The notes beneath the pieces are model-generated. The model made no database searches, was not told where the DNA came from, and saw only the letters and a list, made by a program, of their open reading frames with translations. The translations under genes were made by a program, and so were the position numbers. Below are positions 1-9,663 of a stretch of 47,486 nucleotides of DNA, piece after piece (the first letter of the stretch is position 1; each line of letters opens with the position of its first letter). The stretch covers positions 1 through 47,486 of the forward strand of contig DDDX01000057.1 in NCBI GenBank assembly GCA_002339085.1, read 5' to 3'. This DNA comes from Cellvibrionales bacterium UBA1969. GTDB lineage: Bacteria; Pseudomonadota; Gammaproteobacteria; Pseudomonadales; UBA7434.

Positions 1-1580
1 ATCAAAACCGGGTTAATCCCTTCGGTCACCATTTCTGCCCCCTGACTAATCGTCGTAGCAATGGTTCTTGATGTGAAAAAACCTGGCCCATCATTGACCA
101 CTATCGGTGTCTTACCTAATTGCTGAGCTAAATCAAACGCTTTGGCTAAGGTGCTGTCAGTCGTTTTATCACCACAAATGATTTCAACCAATGGCATTTT
201 TTCTGCTGGAGAAAAGAAATGCATACCGATGAAATTTTCAGCTCTTGTGCTCGCTTCAGCCAGTTCAGTGATGGGTAATGCGGAGGTGTTTGAAGCAAAA
301 ACTGCGCTGTTAGCAAGCACTGCTTCGGTATCCTTTGTGACAAAAGCCTTAACACCTCGATCTTCAAAAACGGCCTCAATCACGAGCTCGCAGTCAGCGA
401 GATCAGCATAATTATCAGTCGCTTTAATACGCGCTAAAAACTGCTCCGCTTGAGCTTCATCAACCCGTTTATTTTTAGCATACACGCTTGCTGCATAGCC
501 TTTGCCTTTATCAGCATTATCCTGATTGATATCTTTAATCACGACATCAATTCCTTTCTGGGCAGCCATAGTCGCTATGCCTGCGCCCATTTGGCCCGCG
601 CCTAGAACACCAATCTTAGTAAACTGGGTGCGCTCGAACGAATCAGGACGATTAGCGCCGCGGTTCAGTGCTTCCATTTGCAAAAAAAATGCCGTCATCA
701 TATTACGAGCCGTTTGGTCTAACAAAAGACTTAACATATAACGGCCTTCGATTTTTTGTGCCGTATCAAAGTCAACTCTAGCACTGTCAACGATGCAAGA
801 GTAAATCGCATTTTGTGCAGGCATAAGATTTTTCGTTTGACCCATGGTTGCCGCCGGACCAAAAAAGATAAAGCCTTGATTTGCTGCATCGTCTGGGAGT
901 CCGCCTGGAATTTGATAGCCCTCGGTATCCCAAGGTTGCTTGGCGTCAGGATTTGCTTTGATCCAAGCTTTAGCCTTTTCAGACATTTGAATTTCATCTT
1001 CAGCCGTGTCATGAATAATGCCTTTTTCAAGTGCTTTAGCAGCCGTTAAACGTCTGCCCTGCGCGATCAATGGCATCGCTTGCTGCATACCCAATAAGCG
1101 TGTCAAACGAACCGTACCACCGGCGCCAGGCATGAGGCCGATCTGCGCCTCGGGCAAGCCCATGGCGACGCCCTCTAATGCAATGCGATGATGACAGGAT
1201 AGCGCAATTTCAAAACCGCCACCCATGGCTGGGCCATTGATTCCTACCGCAACAGGTACACCTAATAACTCCAAGTCACGCAGCGGTTGCTTAGTTTCCA
1301 TCAAACCGTTGTAAATACGCGTTTTCTCTTCAATATCAACATTCAGATCCATCTCCAGCATGTCTTTAATATCGCCGCCGGCAAAAAACTGTTTCGGCTT
1401 ACCACTGGTTACATATATACCAGTCACACCGCCTGCCGCAATTTGATTTTTAACCTCTCCCATGGCTTCGTCCATAGCCTGCTGGTAGTCAATACCCATG
1501 GTATTAACCGTTTTACCGGGTTGATCAAAAATAAAATCAATAATGCCGTCACTATCTTTTTCTAATCGAATGTAGCCCAT
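1..1580 (-). CDS. fadB: Multifunctional enoyl-CoA hydratase / 3-hydroxyacyl-CoA dehydrogenase (FadB/FadJ-like), 3' end outside window
   Basis: Not in ORF track (stop lies outside window). Manual translation from ATG at 1580: MGYIRLEKDSDGIIDFIFDQPGKTVNTMG...FFAGGDIKDML (crotonase), in frame with KIGVLGAGQMGAGIA (NAD-binding GxGxxG, ~570-620); directly downstream of a thiolase. Confidence 0.9.
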   Translation of the reverse strand, partial: MGYIRLEKDSDGIIDFIFDQPGKTVNTMGIDYQQAMDEAMGEVKNQIAAGGVTGIYVTSGKPKQFFAGGDIKDMLEMDLNVDIEEKTRIYNGLMETKQPLRDLELLGVPVAVGINGPAMGGGFEIALSCHHRIALEGVAMGLPEAQIGLMPGAGGTVRLTRLLGMQQAMPLIAQGRRLTAAKALEKGIIHDTAEDEIQMSEKAKAWIKANPDAKQPWDTEGYQIPGGLPDDAANQGFIFFGPAATMGQTKNLMPAQNAIYSCIVDSARVDFDTAQKIEGRYMLSLLLDQTARNMMTAFFLQMEALNRGANRPDSFERTQFTKIGVLGAGQMGAGIATMAAQKGIDVVIKDINQDNADKGKGYAASVYAKNKRVDEAQAEQFLARIKATDNYADLADCELVIEAVFEDRGVKAFVTKDTEAVLANSAVFASNTSALPITELAEASTRAENFIGMHFFSPAEKMPLVEIICGDKTTDSTLAKAFDLAQQLGKTPIVVNDGPGFFTSRTIATTISQGAEMVTEGINPVL

Positions 1581-1649
1581 TGGTATTCTCTCTTAACTAA
1601 TGAAAGCGAAGCTACCAAAAAAATAACTATCGCTATTTAACTTGACTCT

Positions 1650-2852
1650 TTAAACGCGCTCGATAATCGTTGCGATACCGATGCCACCTGCAGCGCACAA
1701 GGTACATAAACCCGTACTTAAATCACGACGCTCTAATTCGTCTAACAAAACGCCCAGGATCATGGCCCCGGTAGCACCAATAGGATGGCCCATTGCAATC
1801 GCACCCCCATTGACATTAATACGCTCATCCTCAACATTTAATTCACGCTGAAAACGCAATACCACTGAAGCAAAGGCCTCGTTTAATTCAACTAAGTCAA
1901 TATCATTCATCGTCATACCGGCCTTTTTTAAGGCCTTTTGGGTAGCAGGAACGGGTCCTGCTAGCATGATAGTCGGCTCGCTGCCAGTGGTTGCAAAACT
2001 CACAATACGCGCACGCGGCTTAAGGCCTTGCGCATCGCCTGCCGCTTTATTGCCAAGTAAAACCAGTCCAGCACCATCAACAATACCCGACGAGTTACCC
2101 GGCGTATGAATATTATCGATTTCTTCAATCTGCGGATAACGCAGCCTCGCGACATCACCATGACCAAAATCATTAAACATTTTAAACGATGGCTTTAGAC
2201 TTGCTAAACTTTCTATACTAGTTTCACGAATCAATTCATCATGATCAAGAATGGTCACACCGTTTAAATCAACTACAGGTACTAAGGATTTAAAATAGCC
2301 ATTATCTCGCGCATGCGCTGCTCTGACCTGTGACATTAATGCATAGCGATCGACATCTTCCCGCGTAAACCCATCGAGTGAAGCCATCAAGTCTGCCCCT
2401 AGCCCTTGAGATATAAACAAACTTTTCATTTGCACCGCTGGGTCAGTAATAGCGCCACCAGATGCCCCCATCCCTACTCGGGATAAAGATTCAACACCGC
2501 CACCACAGACTAAGTCCTCCATGCCTGCCATAACCTTAGCTGCACTCACATTGACCGCATCTAAGGCACCTGCACAGTACCGATGAATTTGCGCACCGGT
2601 AGTGACTGCATCCCAACTAGAATAATTAATTGCTGTTTTAGCCAAATTAGAACCCTGCTCATTAACAGGATCTCCAGTCGCAATTATCACGTCATCAACC
2701 TGTGCAGTATCTAAGTCATTTCGTGTTTTCATCGCTTCAAGTAAGTTAGTCACCAGATCAATTGGCTTGACTTCAAAAAGGCTGCCTTTGCCTGGCTTAC
2801 CGATACCTCTTGGGGTTCGGATCGCATCATAAATATAAGCTTCAGTTGTCAT
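1650..2852 (-). CDS. fadA: Acetyl-CoA C-acyltransferase (3-ketoacyl-CoA thiolase)
   Basis: Thiolase motifs RYCAG (catalytic Cys), [20 protein letters not shown]. Confidence 0.93.
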   Translation of the reverse strand: MTTEAYIYDAIRTPRGIGKPGKGSLFEVKPIDLVTNLLEAMKTRNDLDTAQVDDVIIATGDPVNEQGSNLAKTAINYSSWDAVTTGAQIHRYCAGALDAVNVSAAKVMAGMEDLVCGGGVESLSRVGMGASGGAITDPAVQMKSLFISQGLGADLMASLDGFTREDVDRYALMSQVRAAHARDNGYFKSLVPVVDLNGVTILDHDELIRETSIESLASLKPSFKMFNDFGHGDVARLRYPQIEEIDNIHTPGNSSGIVDGAGLVLLGNKAAGDAQGLKPRARIVSFATTGSEPTIMLAGPVPATQKALKKAGMTMNDIDLVELNEAFASVVLRFQRELNVEDERINVNGGAIAMGHPIGATGAMILGVLLDELERRDLSTGLCTLCAAGGIGIATIIERV

Positions 2853-3119
2853 AAGGAGGGTCTGCTGTTAAAAAAGTGAAAAAAAATATACTCAATCAAA
2901 ATTTATAGCCGCGCGTTGAGATTCAAAAATAAAATAAAAATTGTAACCATTTCGGTCATTTACTCAATAGCAATATAGGGCAAGGCTTATTTCCGTTAGT
3001 TCGGCATGCCTTATTCGATCAATAACGGCCAATACAATCAGCATAAAAAGTTAATGAACGTTGACCGCTTCAAAATTAAAAAGGACTAAGGCTCATCCGC
3101 TTGAAATGCAATCGCCATA

Positions 3120-4544
3120 TCAGCCTTGCATATGAAGGTGCACTTGCAAACCAGGGTCATTGGGCTTAAAAATTAACTGGAAATCATGCATCTTGGCAAC
3201 CGCAGCAACCAAACTTAAACCCAAACCATTTCCAGGCTGTAAGCTTCGACTGCTCTCTTCTCGATAAAACCGACGCAATACTTTTTTATAATTACTTTGA
3301 TCTATGCCGCAGCCACTATCTAATACACTAAAAGTGACTGAGGCTTCTTTATTATTGCTACCGTCCAGATGGTCATCAAAATCACATTGATCACCCTGCG
3401 ATAATGAGACCTGAACATTGCCGCCTTGGGGCGTATATTTAATTGCGTTGTCAACAATATTAGCACAAGCCTGAAACAATAAATTTCGATCAGCCACGCA
3501 TTCAGTAGGATATAGCTCTAGCTGTAAACGAATACCCTTTTCTAGTGCCAGCGGCTCATATAGCTCGACAACATCTTCAATTAATTTATCCAATGCCAAA
3601 CTTATTTTTTCTGCTTTTGTTTCACCCAGTTCAATACGTGCAATACGCAATAAAGCGTTGAATGTAGCCAACATATCATCAGCTTCAGCTATCAAAGTCT
3701 CAACCCTATCAAATTCATGAGTAGAGCAATCTTTTTGAAAAGAGACTAAGTCGTTTCTCAAGCGGGTTAAAGGGGTTCTTAAATCATGCGCAATATTATC
3801 CGAAACTTGCTTAACGCCATCCATTAAATCCTGGATCCGGTCAAGCATAATATTTAGATTAATCGCTAATTGCTGCAGCTCACTACCCTCGTCACGTGGT
3901 AGCTGGCTGATTTTGAGGCGAGCCGATAAATCACCCGCCATAATGGTTTTTATTGAGCGATTAATATTATCTAAGCGTCGCTGAAACTCCCATGTAACAA
4001 TAAAGGCAGCTACTGCACCCAATATCACAGTAACAAGAAAACCTCTAAAAAGAATCCCCGTCACAAAACTCACGTAGGCCAAAACTTCAACATCACTGCG
4101 TGCGACAAGCAAATGGTTACCGTCTTGCATCAACTGAGTTACAGCAACAAAGTCTTGCTCGCGGGATGAATTACCGTCTTGCAATATGCCCATTTCAAAA
4201 TTCAACCAGCCATCGCCGTATTCTCTATATTCCGGCCAATCTTTTAAGTTACCCGAAATTTTCTCTAGATCTTGATCGGCGATGACGTAGGCAAAATGAA
4301 CCACGTGAAATTGCTGACTTCGCTGGTCAATAAAATGATTGGCAAAAGGCAATCCGCCCTGCTCATAGGCGTCGCTAAAGCGCTCTAACTCAGTTGACAA
4401 GCCATCGTGGACGCCATTGAAATAGTTGTAAGAAAAGAGACTGTAGACCGCTAACATAACGATAAGGACAACAATGCTGATGCCTAGCACAGTTGCAAGT
4501 GCAGCACGAAACGTATAGCTACTTAATATTTTTGCTAAAATCAT
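3120..4544 (-). CDS. Two-component sensor histidine kinase (HAMP-HisKA-HATPase)
   Basis: Two TM segments, H-box IAHDLRTPL, N-box NIVDNAIKY, G boxes DSGCGI and GNGLGL. Confidence 0.93.
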   Translation of the reverse strand: MILAKILSSYTFRAALATVLGISIVVLIVMLAVYSLFSYNYFNGVHDGLSTELERFSDAYEQGGLPFANHFIDQRSQQFHVVHFAYVIADQDLEKISGNLKDWPEYREYGDGWLNFEMGILQDGNSSREQDFVAVTQLMQDGNHLLVARSDVEVLAYVSFVTGILFRGFLVTVILGAVAAFIVTWEFQRRLDNINRSIKTIMAGDLSARLKISQLPRDEGSELQQLAINLNIMLDRIQDLMDGVKQVSDNIAHDLRTPLTRLRNDLVSFQKDCSTHEFDRVETLIAEADDMLATFNALLRIARIELGETKAEKISLALDKLIEDVVELYEPLALEKGIRLQLELYPTECVADRNLLFQACANIVDNAIKYTPQGGNVQVSLSQGDQCDFDDHLDGSNNKEASVTFSVLDSGCGIDQSNYKKVLRRFYREESSRSLQPGNGLGLSLVAAVAKMHDFQLIFKPNDPGLQVHLHMQG

Positions 4545-4593
4545 TACTTATCCAAAAATAAAAAATATCTCGGCTGACCTTACGAGGTAATCT

Positions 4594-5280
4594 TTAAAAT
4601 GCCTTGTCCGGGTCATTTAATACATAACCAGACCCTCGTACAGTTAACAGTAATTGTGTGTCAAACTCTTTATCAATTTTCTGCCTTAATCGGCTGATAT
4701 GCACATCAATAACATTTGTTTGAGGGTCAAAGTGATAATCCCAAACATTTTCTAATAACATAGTCCGAGTAACAATTTGTCCCGCATGGCGCATCAGATA
4801 CTCTAGCAAACGAAACTCTCTTGGCTGAAGCAGTAGCTTTTGTCCCGCCCGCCTTGCCTCATGAGCTAATAAATCCAGCTCTAAGTCGGCCACTTTTAAC
4901 CTCGTGATGGGGGTATCAATATCACGACGTCTCACTAGCACTTCAATACGTGTATAAAGCTCTTCAAAGTCAAATGGCTTTGACAAATAATCATCCGCGC
5001 CGACTTTTAAGCCATCGATACGATCATTGACTTCTCCCAGCGCACTTAAAACCAATATAGGCGTATTATCCTTTTCATTTCTCAGCGCCTCGATGATGCT
5101 CAAGCCATCAAGCTCAGGCAACATTCGATCGACAATAATGGCATCATAATCTTCATCTTTAGCTAAGCCCAAACCATCAACACCCGTGGCAGCAAGAGTA
5201 ACTATATGGCCTTTATCGATAAATCCCTTCTCAACAAAATTAGCTACACTGAGGTCATCTTCAATCAACAAAATATGCAT
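4594..5280 (-). CDS. OmpR/PhoB-family response regulator (CusR/CopR-like)
   Basis: MHILLIEDD...DRMLP...GADDYLSKPF receiver; winged helix QTNVIDVHISRLRQKID...TVRGSGY. Start moved to ATG 5280 (ORF track 5322). Confidence 0.93.
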   Translation of the reverse strand: MHILLIEDDLSVANFVEKGFIDKGHIVTLAATGVDGLGLAKDEDYDAIIVDRMLPELDGLSIIEALRNEKDNTPILVLSALGEVNDRIDGLKVGADDYLSKPFDFEELYTRIEVLVRRRDIDTPITRLKVADLELDLLAHEARRAGQKLLLQPREFRLLEYLMRHAGQIVTRTMLLENVWDYHFDPQTNVIDVHISRLRQKIDKEFDTQLLLTVRGSGYVLNDPDKAF

Positions 5281-5631
5281 AAATGCTTTCCAATCAAATA
5301 AAAAAATTGTGCTCAGATTCACATCATTATAAAAAAGCTGTGAAAAAAGCTCTCACGTCGTAAATTATAAGTGAAAATATAGTTCACTAAAATAATAAAG
5401 TTATATTTATCAATAATTTAGCCTTATAACTTGTTTAAAAAAATAAAAACTGGTTAATAACCAACCGTTCTGGTATTTATACTACACTTTAAGACACAGA
5501 CTTGCGCTTGCCAAAGCCGTTGTTTTTTGGGCGGCGGCTGAACGAAAAGGATAGTCACAAAAAACAACCATTAATTAGGCGCTTTATCGAGCAGTTATTC
5601 GCTTAGTAAGGCTTACTTAAAGGAAGTCACA

Positions 5632-6246
5632 TTGATCAATGACAGCTTAATACACAGAATGAGATTCCCACGCCTAATCAATATGGCTCGGTTAGCTGTT
5701 TTGCTACTTTTAGCCAACGGATTTTCCTACGCGGAAAACAATAACACACTGAGTGGTCATCAGAATCCTTTTACTGAAGCTCTTGAGAGAACTACCACAG
5801 CGAGCGAGAAAACCTTCAAAGACAGTGGTATTTCAGACCATACAAACTATCTGGCGTTTTTTACGCCCCAAAGAAAAAACAACGCAATCGAGCAAAAGAA
5901 ATCACAATCACGATTAAGCCATAAGCAAACTTCAACCATCAATGCTGTTCTAGCAACAGGTGAATTTGTCAGCTCGGACACCGAGCTACTCATCTATCCT
6001 CACGGCGACAGTAAAGACAGCGATTACAAGACCGGCACCGCTGCATTGGGCCTCTTGCTGAAGTTAAGCCTAAAAAACTGGTTTAAACAGAGCAACATTA
6101 ACAATAATTTTCTTAACAATCTCAGCAAAACCAAACCAATTGAATTAAATAATCCCACATTTAAGACCAATCAAGACAAACTCTGGGATTATTCTGTAAA
6201 ATTATCTGGTGAAAAAATAAAATTGCAATTTGGAAAAGAATTGTAA
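5632..6246 (+). CDS. Hypothetical exported protein
   Basis: 204-aa ORF with signal-peptide-like MARLAVLLLLANGFSYA; true start probably a downstream ATG; no recognisable family. Confidence 0.6.
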   Translation: MINDSLIHRMRFPRLINMARLAVLLLLANGFSYAENNNTLSGHQNPFTEALERTTTASEKTFKDSGISDHTNYLAFFTPQRKNNAIEQKKSQSRLSHKQTSTINAVLATGEFVSSDTELLIYPHGDSKDSDYKTGTAALGLLLKLSLKNWFKQSNINNNFLNNLSKTKPIELNNPTFKTNQDKLWDYSVKLSGEKIKLQFGKEL

Positions 6247-6301
6247 GAAGTTATCTCTCATATTACCTGATCAATTTACCGGATACTCAGCTCGTTAAAC
6301 T

Positions 6302-6796
6302 ATGTCTTGTGACGAAAAAAATACAGACCCTATCTCAGCCCCTCTTGGCCGCCGACTCATGGCCATGCTTTACGACGCATTTTTATTAATGGCTATATTA
6401 ATGTGCACCAGTGCAGTGTACACCGTTATCGCGGTAAACCTTACCGGTGACTTTACTCAATCTACAGCGATTAATACCGATGACGTGCTTCATGATCTTA
6501 AGCCTACTGAATTAGGTTGGCCAATATTTCCCGTACTCGGGTCAGTCTACTGCGGATTCTTCATTTACTTTTGGCACAATACTGGCCAGACTTTAGGCAT
6601 GCTAGTATGGAAAATAAAAATCGTAACAAACAATCATGGAGCTATCTCAATATCACAATGCTTGATTAGAATCATCATTGCCTTTTTTTCATTCGCTTTA
6701 TTAGGCGCAGGGTATCTTATCCTACTAAGAAAGAACACACAGCAATCATGGCATGACCGTGCATCAAAAACCAAAGTGATTCGCTTAAGCGATTAA
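6302..6796 (+). CDS. RDD family membrane protein
   Basis: APLGRRLMAMLYD, GQTLGMLVWKIKI, QSWHDRASKT motifs; convergent with lptG as is common in gammaproteobacteria. Confidence 0.88.
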   Translation: MSCDEKNTDPISAPLGRRLMAMLYDAFLLMAILMCTSAVYTVIAVNLTGDFTQSTAINTDDVLHDLKPTELGWPIFPVLGSVYCGFFIYFWHNTGQTLGMLVWKIKIVTNNHGAISISQCLIRIIIAFFSFALLGAGYLILLRKNTQQSWHDRASKTKVIRLSD

Positions 6797-6841
6797 ATCT
6801 ACCCGCATAAAATAAGAGTGAAGCCTGCTAGCAGTCAAGAA

Positions 6842-7906
6842 CTACCTGACTCTATAGAGCAAGATAAGCCCAAGGGCTGATATAATAATAATGGGACTAA
6901 GCACAGCATAGAATGGCGAGAAACCATAAATTAAACTGCTAGGGCCTAATAAATTCTGTGCAAACTGAAAGCTTATACCGACTACGACACCAATAAATAT
7001 TCGATAGCCCATTGTCGATGATCGAAGGGGGCCAAAAATAAAGGACAAGGCAACCAATACCAGACTCATAATTGCCAAGGGGTGTAAACACTTTTGCCAA
7101 AAAGCTAATTCATATGCCTTAGTATCTAATCCTTGCTGCTCTAAAAAAGCAATATATTCAAATAATCCCGTCGGTGACAGCTCTGAGGCATCCAGAGACA
7201 GATAAGACAGCATCTTAGGGGTTAACTGTGTTTCCCACAGCTGCGTTGTGAATTGATCTTGTATAATTTTATCATCGCTAAAGGAAGTGACCTTCACATT
7301 TTCTAGCAACCAATTACTGTTCTGAAAACTCGCTCGATCAGCGATTAATGTCTGTGTCAGCTTACCTGAATGATCAAACTTGAAAAGCGTGACACCGTAT
7401 AGCACTCCACCGGGCTGAACGACATTGAAATGCATGAAATTATCGGCCTCTCGATGCCAGAGGCCACTTTGTAAAACTAATGACTGATCACGACCTGACA
7501 ATTGCAAATCTTTGTGGCTAGTTGCCCATTGGTCCGTAACCGGCGAAATAAATTCAGCTATGACAATAGATAAAATAATTAGCCACAAAGTCGGCTTAAA
7601 AACTAAACGCATCAATTGAAATAACGAGACGCCGCTGGCACGCATTATCATAATTTCACTGCTGCTAGACAACATACCCATGGCCACCAAACAGCCAATT
7701 AAAGTAGCCAAAGGAATGAACTCATTGACTCTACCGGGAATAGTTAAGCCAATATAAATAAACGCTTGCCGTAGGTTATAGTCATTGCGCAAATCACCTA
7801 ACTGATCGATTAATGCAGAAAGCACATCCAAACTTAATATTAAAAGTAGAACAATGAAAAAAGCAGCGAATACTTTACCGCTAATGTAAGCGCTCAACTT
7901 ATTCAC
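6842..7906 (-). CDS. lptG: LPS export ABC transporter permease LptG
   Basis: YjgP/Q-type topology; SSEIMIMRASGVS, FGPLRSSTMGYRIFIG; overlaps lptF stop by 4 nt. Confidence 0.92.
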   Translation of the reverse strand: MNKLSAYISGKVFAAFFIVLLLILSLDVLSALIDQLGDLRNDYNLRQAFIYIGLTIPGRVNEFIPLATLIGCLVAMGMLSSSSEIMIMRASGVSLFQLMRLVFKPTLWLIILSIVIAEFISPVTDQWATSHKDLQLSGRDQSLVLQSGLWHREADNFMHFNVVQPGGVLYGVTLFKFDHSGKLTQTLIADRASFQNSNWLLENVKVTSFSDDKIIQDQFTTQLWETQLTPKMLSYLSLDASELSPTGLFEYIAFLEQQGLDTKAYELAFWQKCLHPLAIMSLVLVALSFIFGPLRSSTMGYRIFIGVVVGISFQFAQNLLGPSSLIYGFSPFYAVLSPIIIISALGLILLYRVR

Positions 7907-9009
7907 AGTGCATTTGCCTTTGCGCGCAACCTCGACATAGCAAACGCTCTTAGTATGTCATCCTTCAGCAGAATACTAAAAGCCAAACTGAGAAACAGGG
8001 TGTGCAGCACCCAAATTGCTATTGCTGGCTGGGAGCCATATTCAACCTGCGTTCTAACTGTCGTAATAGAAATTATATAAATCAAATACATTAAAATAGC
8101 AGGCAATAATTTAAGATAACGGCCACTCCTATTATCAGTTTTGCTTAATGCCAACGCCATCACAGCAACCACTAACACAACAACTGGTAAAGAGAAGCGC
8201 CAATGCAAAGCTGCAATATCGGCATTTGAGTCTGAATTAAATAATGCAAACGTCGACTTAGCGTCAACTTCTAACTGCAGCTGCTCTTTAGGCCTAACAA
8301 TCGTCAAACTCTGAGAGAATTGAGAAAAATTGGCAATACGATAATCTGCTTGGCCGATAAAACCGTCATAAATACTGCCATTTAATAAATTCAAATAACG
8401 AGGCACCAATACATCACTATCAGTCAGGCGCGCTGATTCCGCCCGGATTATAAGAACACCGCCCTCATCATTATAATCAACTAACAATACATCACTAATT
8501 GTCTTATTCTGCTGATCATACGCCTCGACATAGCTCACGCTTTGAGTATTATCAGCCTGCTGAAATTTACCAGGCCGAACAAAAGAAAAGGCATCGTTAT
8601 TGTTTGACTCTTCAAGTAAAACCTGCAATCGATTGAGACTGCTTGGAGCAGCAATTAACGTGAGATACGCCACAAAAACACTGACTACCACAGCGGGAAA
8701 TAAGGTAATGCCTACTAAACGCTTTTTACTGACACCGCAGGCGTTAATAACTACCATTTCACTATCAGTATATAAGCGACCCAAAGCCAGCAATACGCCG
8801 ATAAAAAAACCTAAAGGTATAACCAATGGTAAAAAATCAGGGATACGATAAAAAATAACCCAAAAAACAATTTCTGATGAGAGGTCGCCGGTACTGGACT
8901 GAGACAGGTATTTTGCTAAACGCCCGCTAGTGACTATGGATAAAAGAACCAACGTCACCGCAGCGCTGGTCTGAAAAATTTGTCTACATAGGTAGCGAAA
9001 TAGAATCAT
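7903..9009 (-). CDS. lptF: LPS export ABC transporter permease LptF
   Basis: MILFRYLCRQ..., GRLYTDSEMVVINACG, LHWRFSLP, GRYLKLLPAILMY motifs. Confidence 0.92.
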   Translation of the reverse strand: MILFRYLCRQIFQTSAAVTLVLLSIVTSGRLAKYLSQSSTGDLSSEIVFWVIFYRIPDFLPLVIPLGFFIGVLLALGRLYTDSEMVVINACGVSKKRLVGITLFPAVVVSVFVAYLTLIAAPSSLNRLQVLLEESNNNDAFSFVRPGKFQQADNTQSVSYVEAYDQQNKTISDVLLVDYNDEGGVLIIRAESARLTDSDVLVPRYLNLLNGSIYDGFIGQADYRIANFSQFSQSLTIVRPKEQLQLEVDAKSTFALFNSDSNADIAALHWRFSLPVVVLVVAVMALALSKTDNRSGRYLKLLPAILMYLIYIISITTVRTQVEYGSQPAIAIWVLHTLFLSLAFSILLKDDILRAFAMSRLRAKANAL

Positions 9010-9183
9010 AAGAATAAATAGTTCTCAATATTTCACCTTATTAAACCAACCTCTGAGCTTAAAAAGCAATATGACAATTAACAAGCTTGTACTAATCAGG
9101 GTAGTCAACACCTATCGGTTATTAATGAATAAAAAAAATGGCTGAAGGAAAAATAATCAAAAGTGTGATTTATGACCGTTTAA

Positions 9184-9337
9184 TGATATAATATAGGTAA
9201 TTAATTCGCATTTAATCTTAAAAAAGTGGCGCTTAACCGTGGAAGAACTATGATCATTCTTGTAACAGTCTTTGACTGCTACAACTCCAGGTCAAAAATA
9301 ACCTCTTATAAAGACGTCCATTGGACGTCTTTTTTTT
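9184..9337 (+). ncRNA. Candidate intergenic small RNA (~140 nt)
   Basis: Extended -10 TGATATAAT at 9184-9192, internal hairpin 9260-9284, terminator hairpin with 8-T tail on the + strand although both flanking genes are on the - strand. Confidence 0.4.
9310..9337. terminator. Rho-independent terminator
   Basis: AAAGACGTCC-ATT-GGACGTCTTT followed by more Ts on +; also lies just 3' of the DUF2288 gene on -. Confidence 0.8.
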
Positions 9338-9339
9338 AT

Positions 9340-9636
9340 CTACTGCTTTTTAATCAGCTGAACTAGTACCCAAGGAGCCGTTACCACTGCCCAAAGGTGC
9401 TCATCTTTTTGATGCCAATCAAGCGCCTGCTCATCACTAACAGCAGCTAATTGATTGGCACCCACCCACTGAGAAACAACTTTAGTACTATCTGATGATA
9501 CGGCTGCGGCCACTTCCACTAAGTTAAGGCTGTTATCGACAAGCAAGACCTTTCCTCCAGCAAAAAATCTAGCCAGCTCACGCCAGGCAATTTTACTGGT
9601 CTGCTCGTAGATATTGTCTAGCATATTGTCATTCAT
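9340..9636 (-). CDS. DUF2288 family protein
   Basis: IAWRELARFFAGG...LWAVVTAPWVLVQ pattern typical of DUF2288. Confidence 0.8.
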   Translation of the reverse strand: MNDNMLDNIYEQTSKIAWRELARFFAGGKVLLVDNSLNLVEVAAAVSSDSTKVVSQWVGANQLAAVSDEQALDWHQKDEHLWAVVTAPWVLVQLIKKQ

Positions 9637-9663
9637 AATATAGCCTTATTGAACCGACAAATA

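Noticed and set aside
142-1565. Short ORF-track ORFs at the left edge
   Set aside because: They are shadows of the minus-strand fadB-like gene that spans 1-1580.
2944-2958. Imperfect palindrome TAACC-N5-GGTCA upstream of the thiolase
   Set aside because: Single short imperfect copy; cannot be distinguished from chance.
5331-5351. AAAAAAGCT direct repeat upstream of the first response regulator
   Set aside because: Low-complexity in an AT-rich region, and no second site found.
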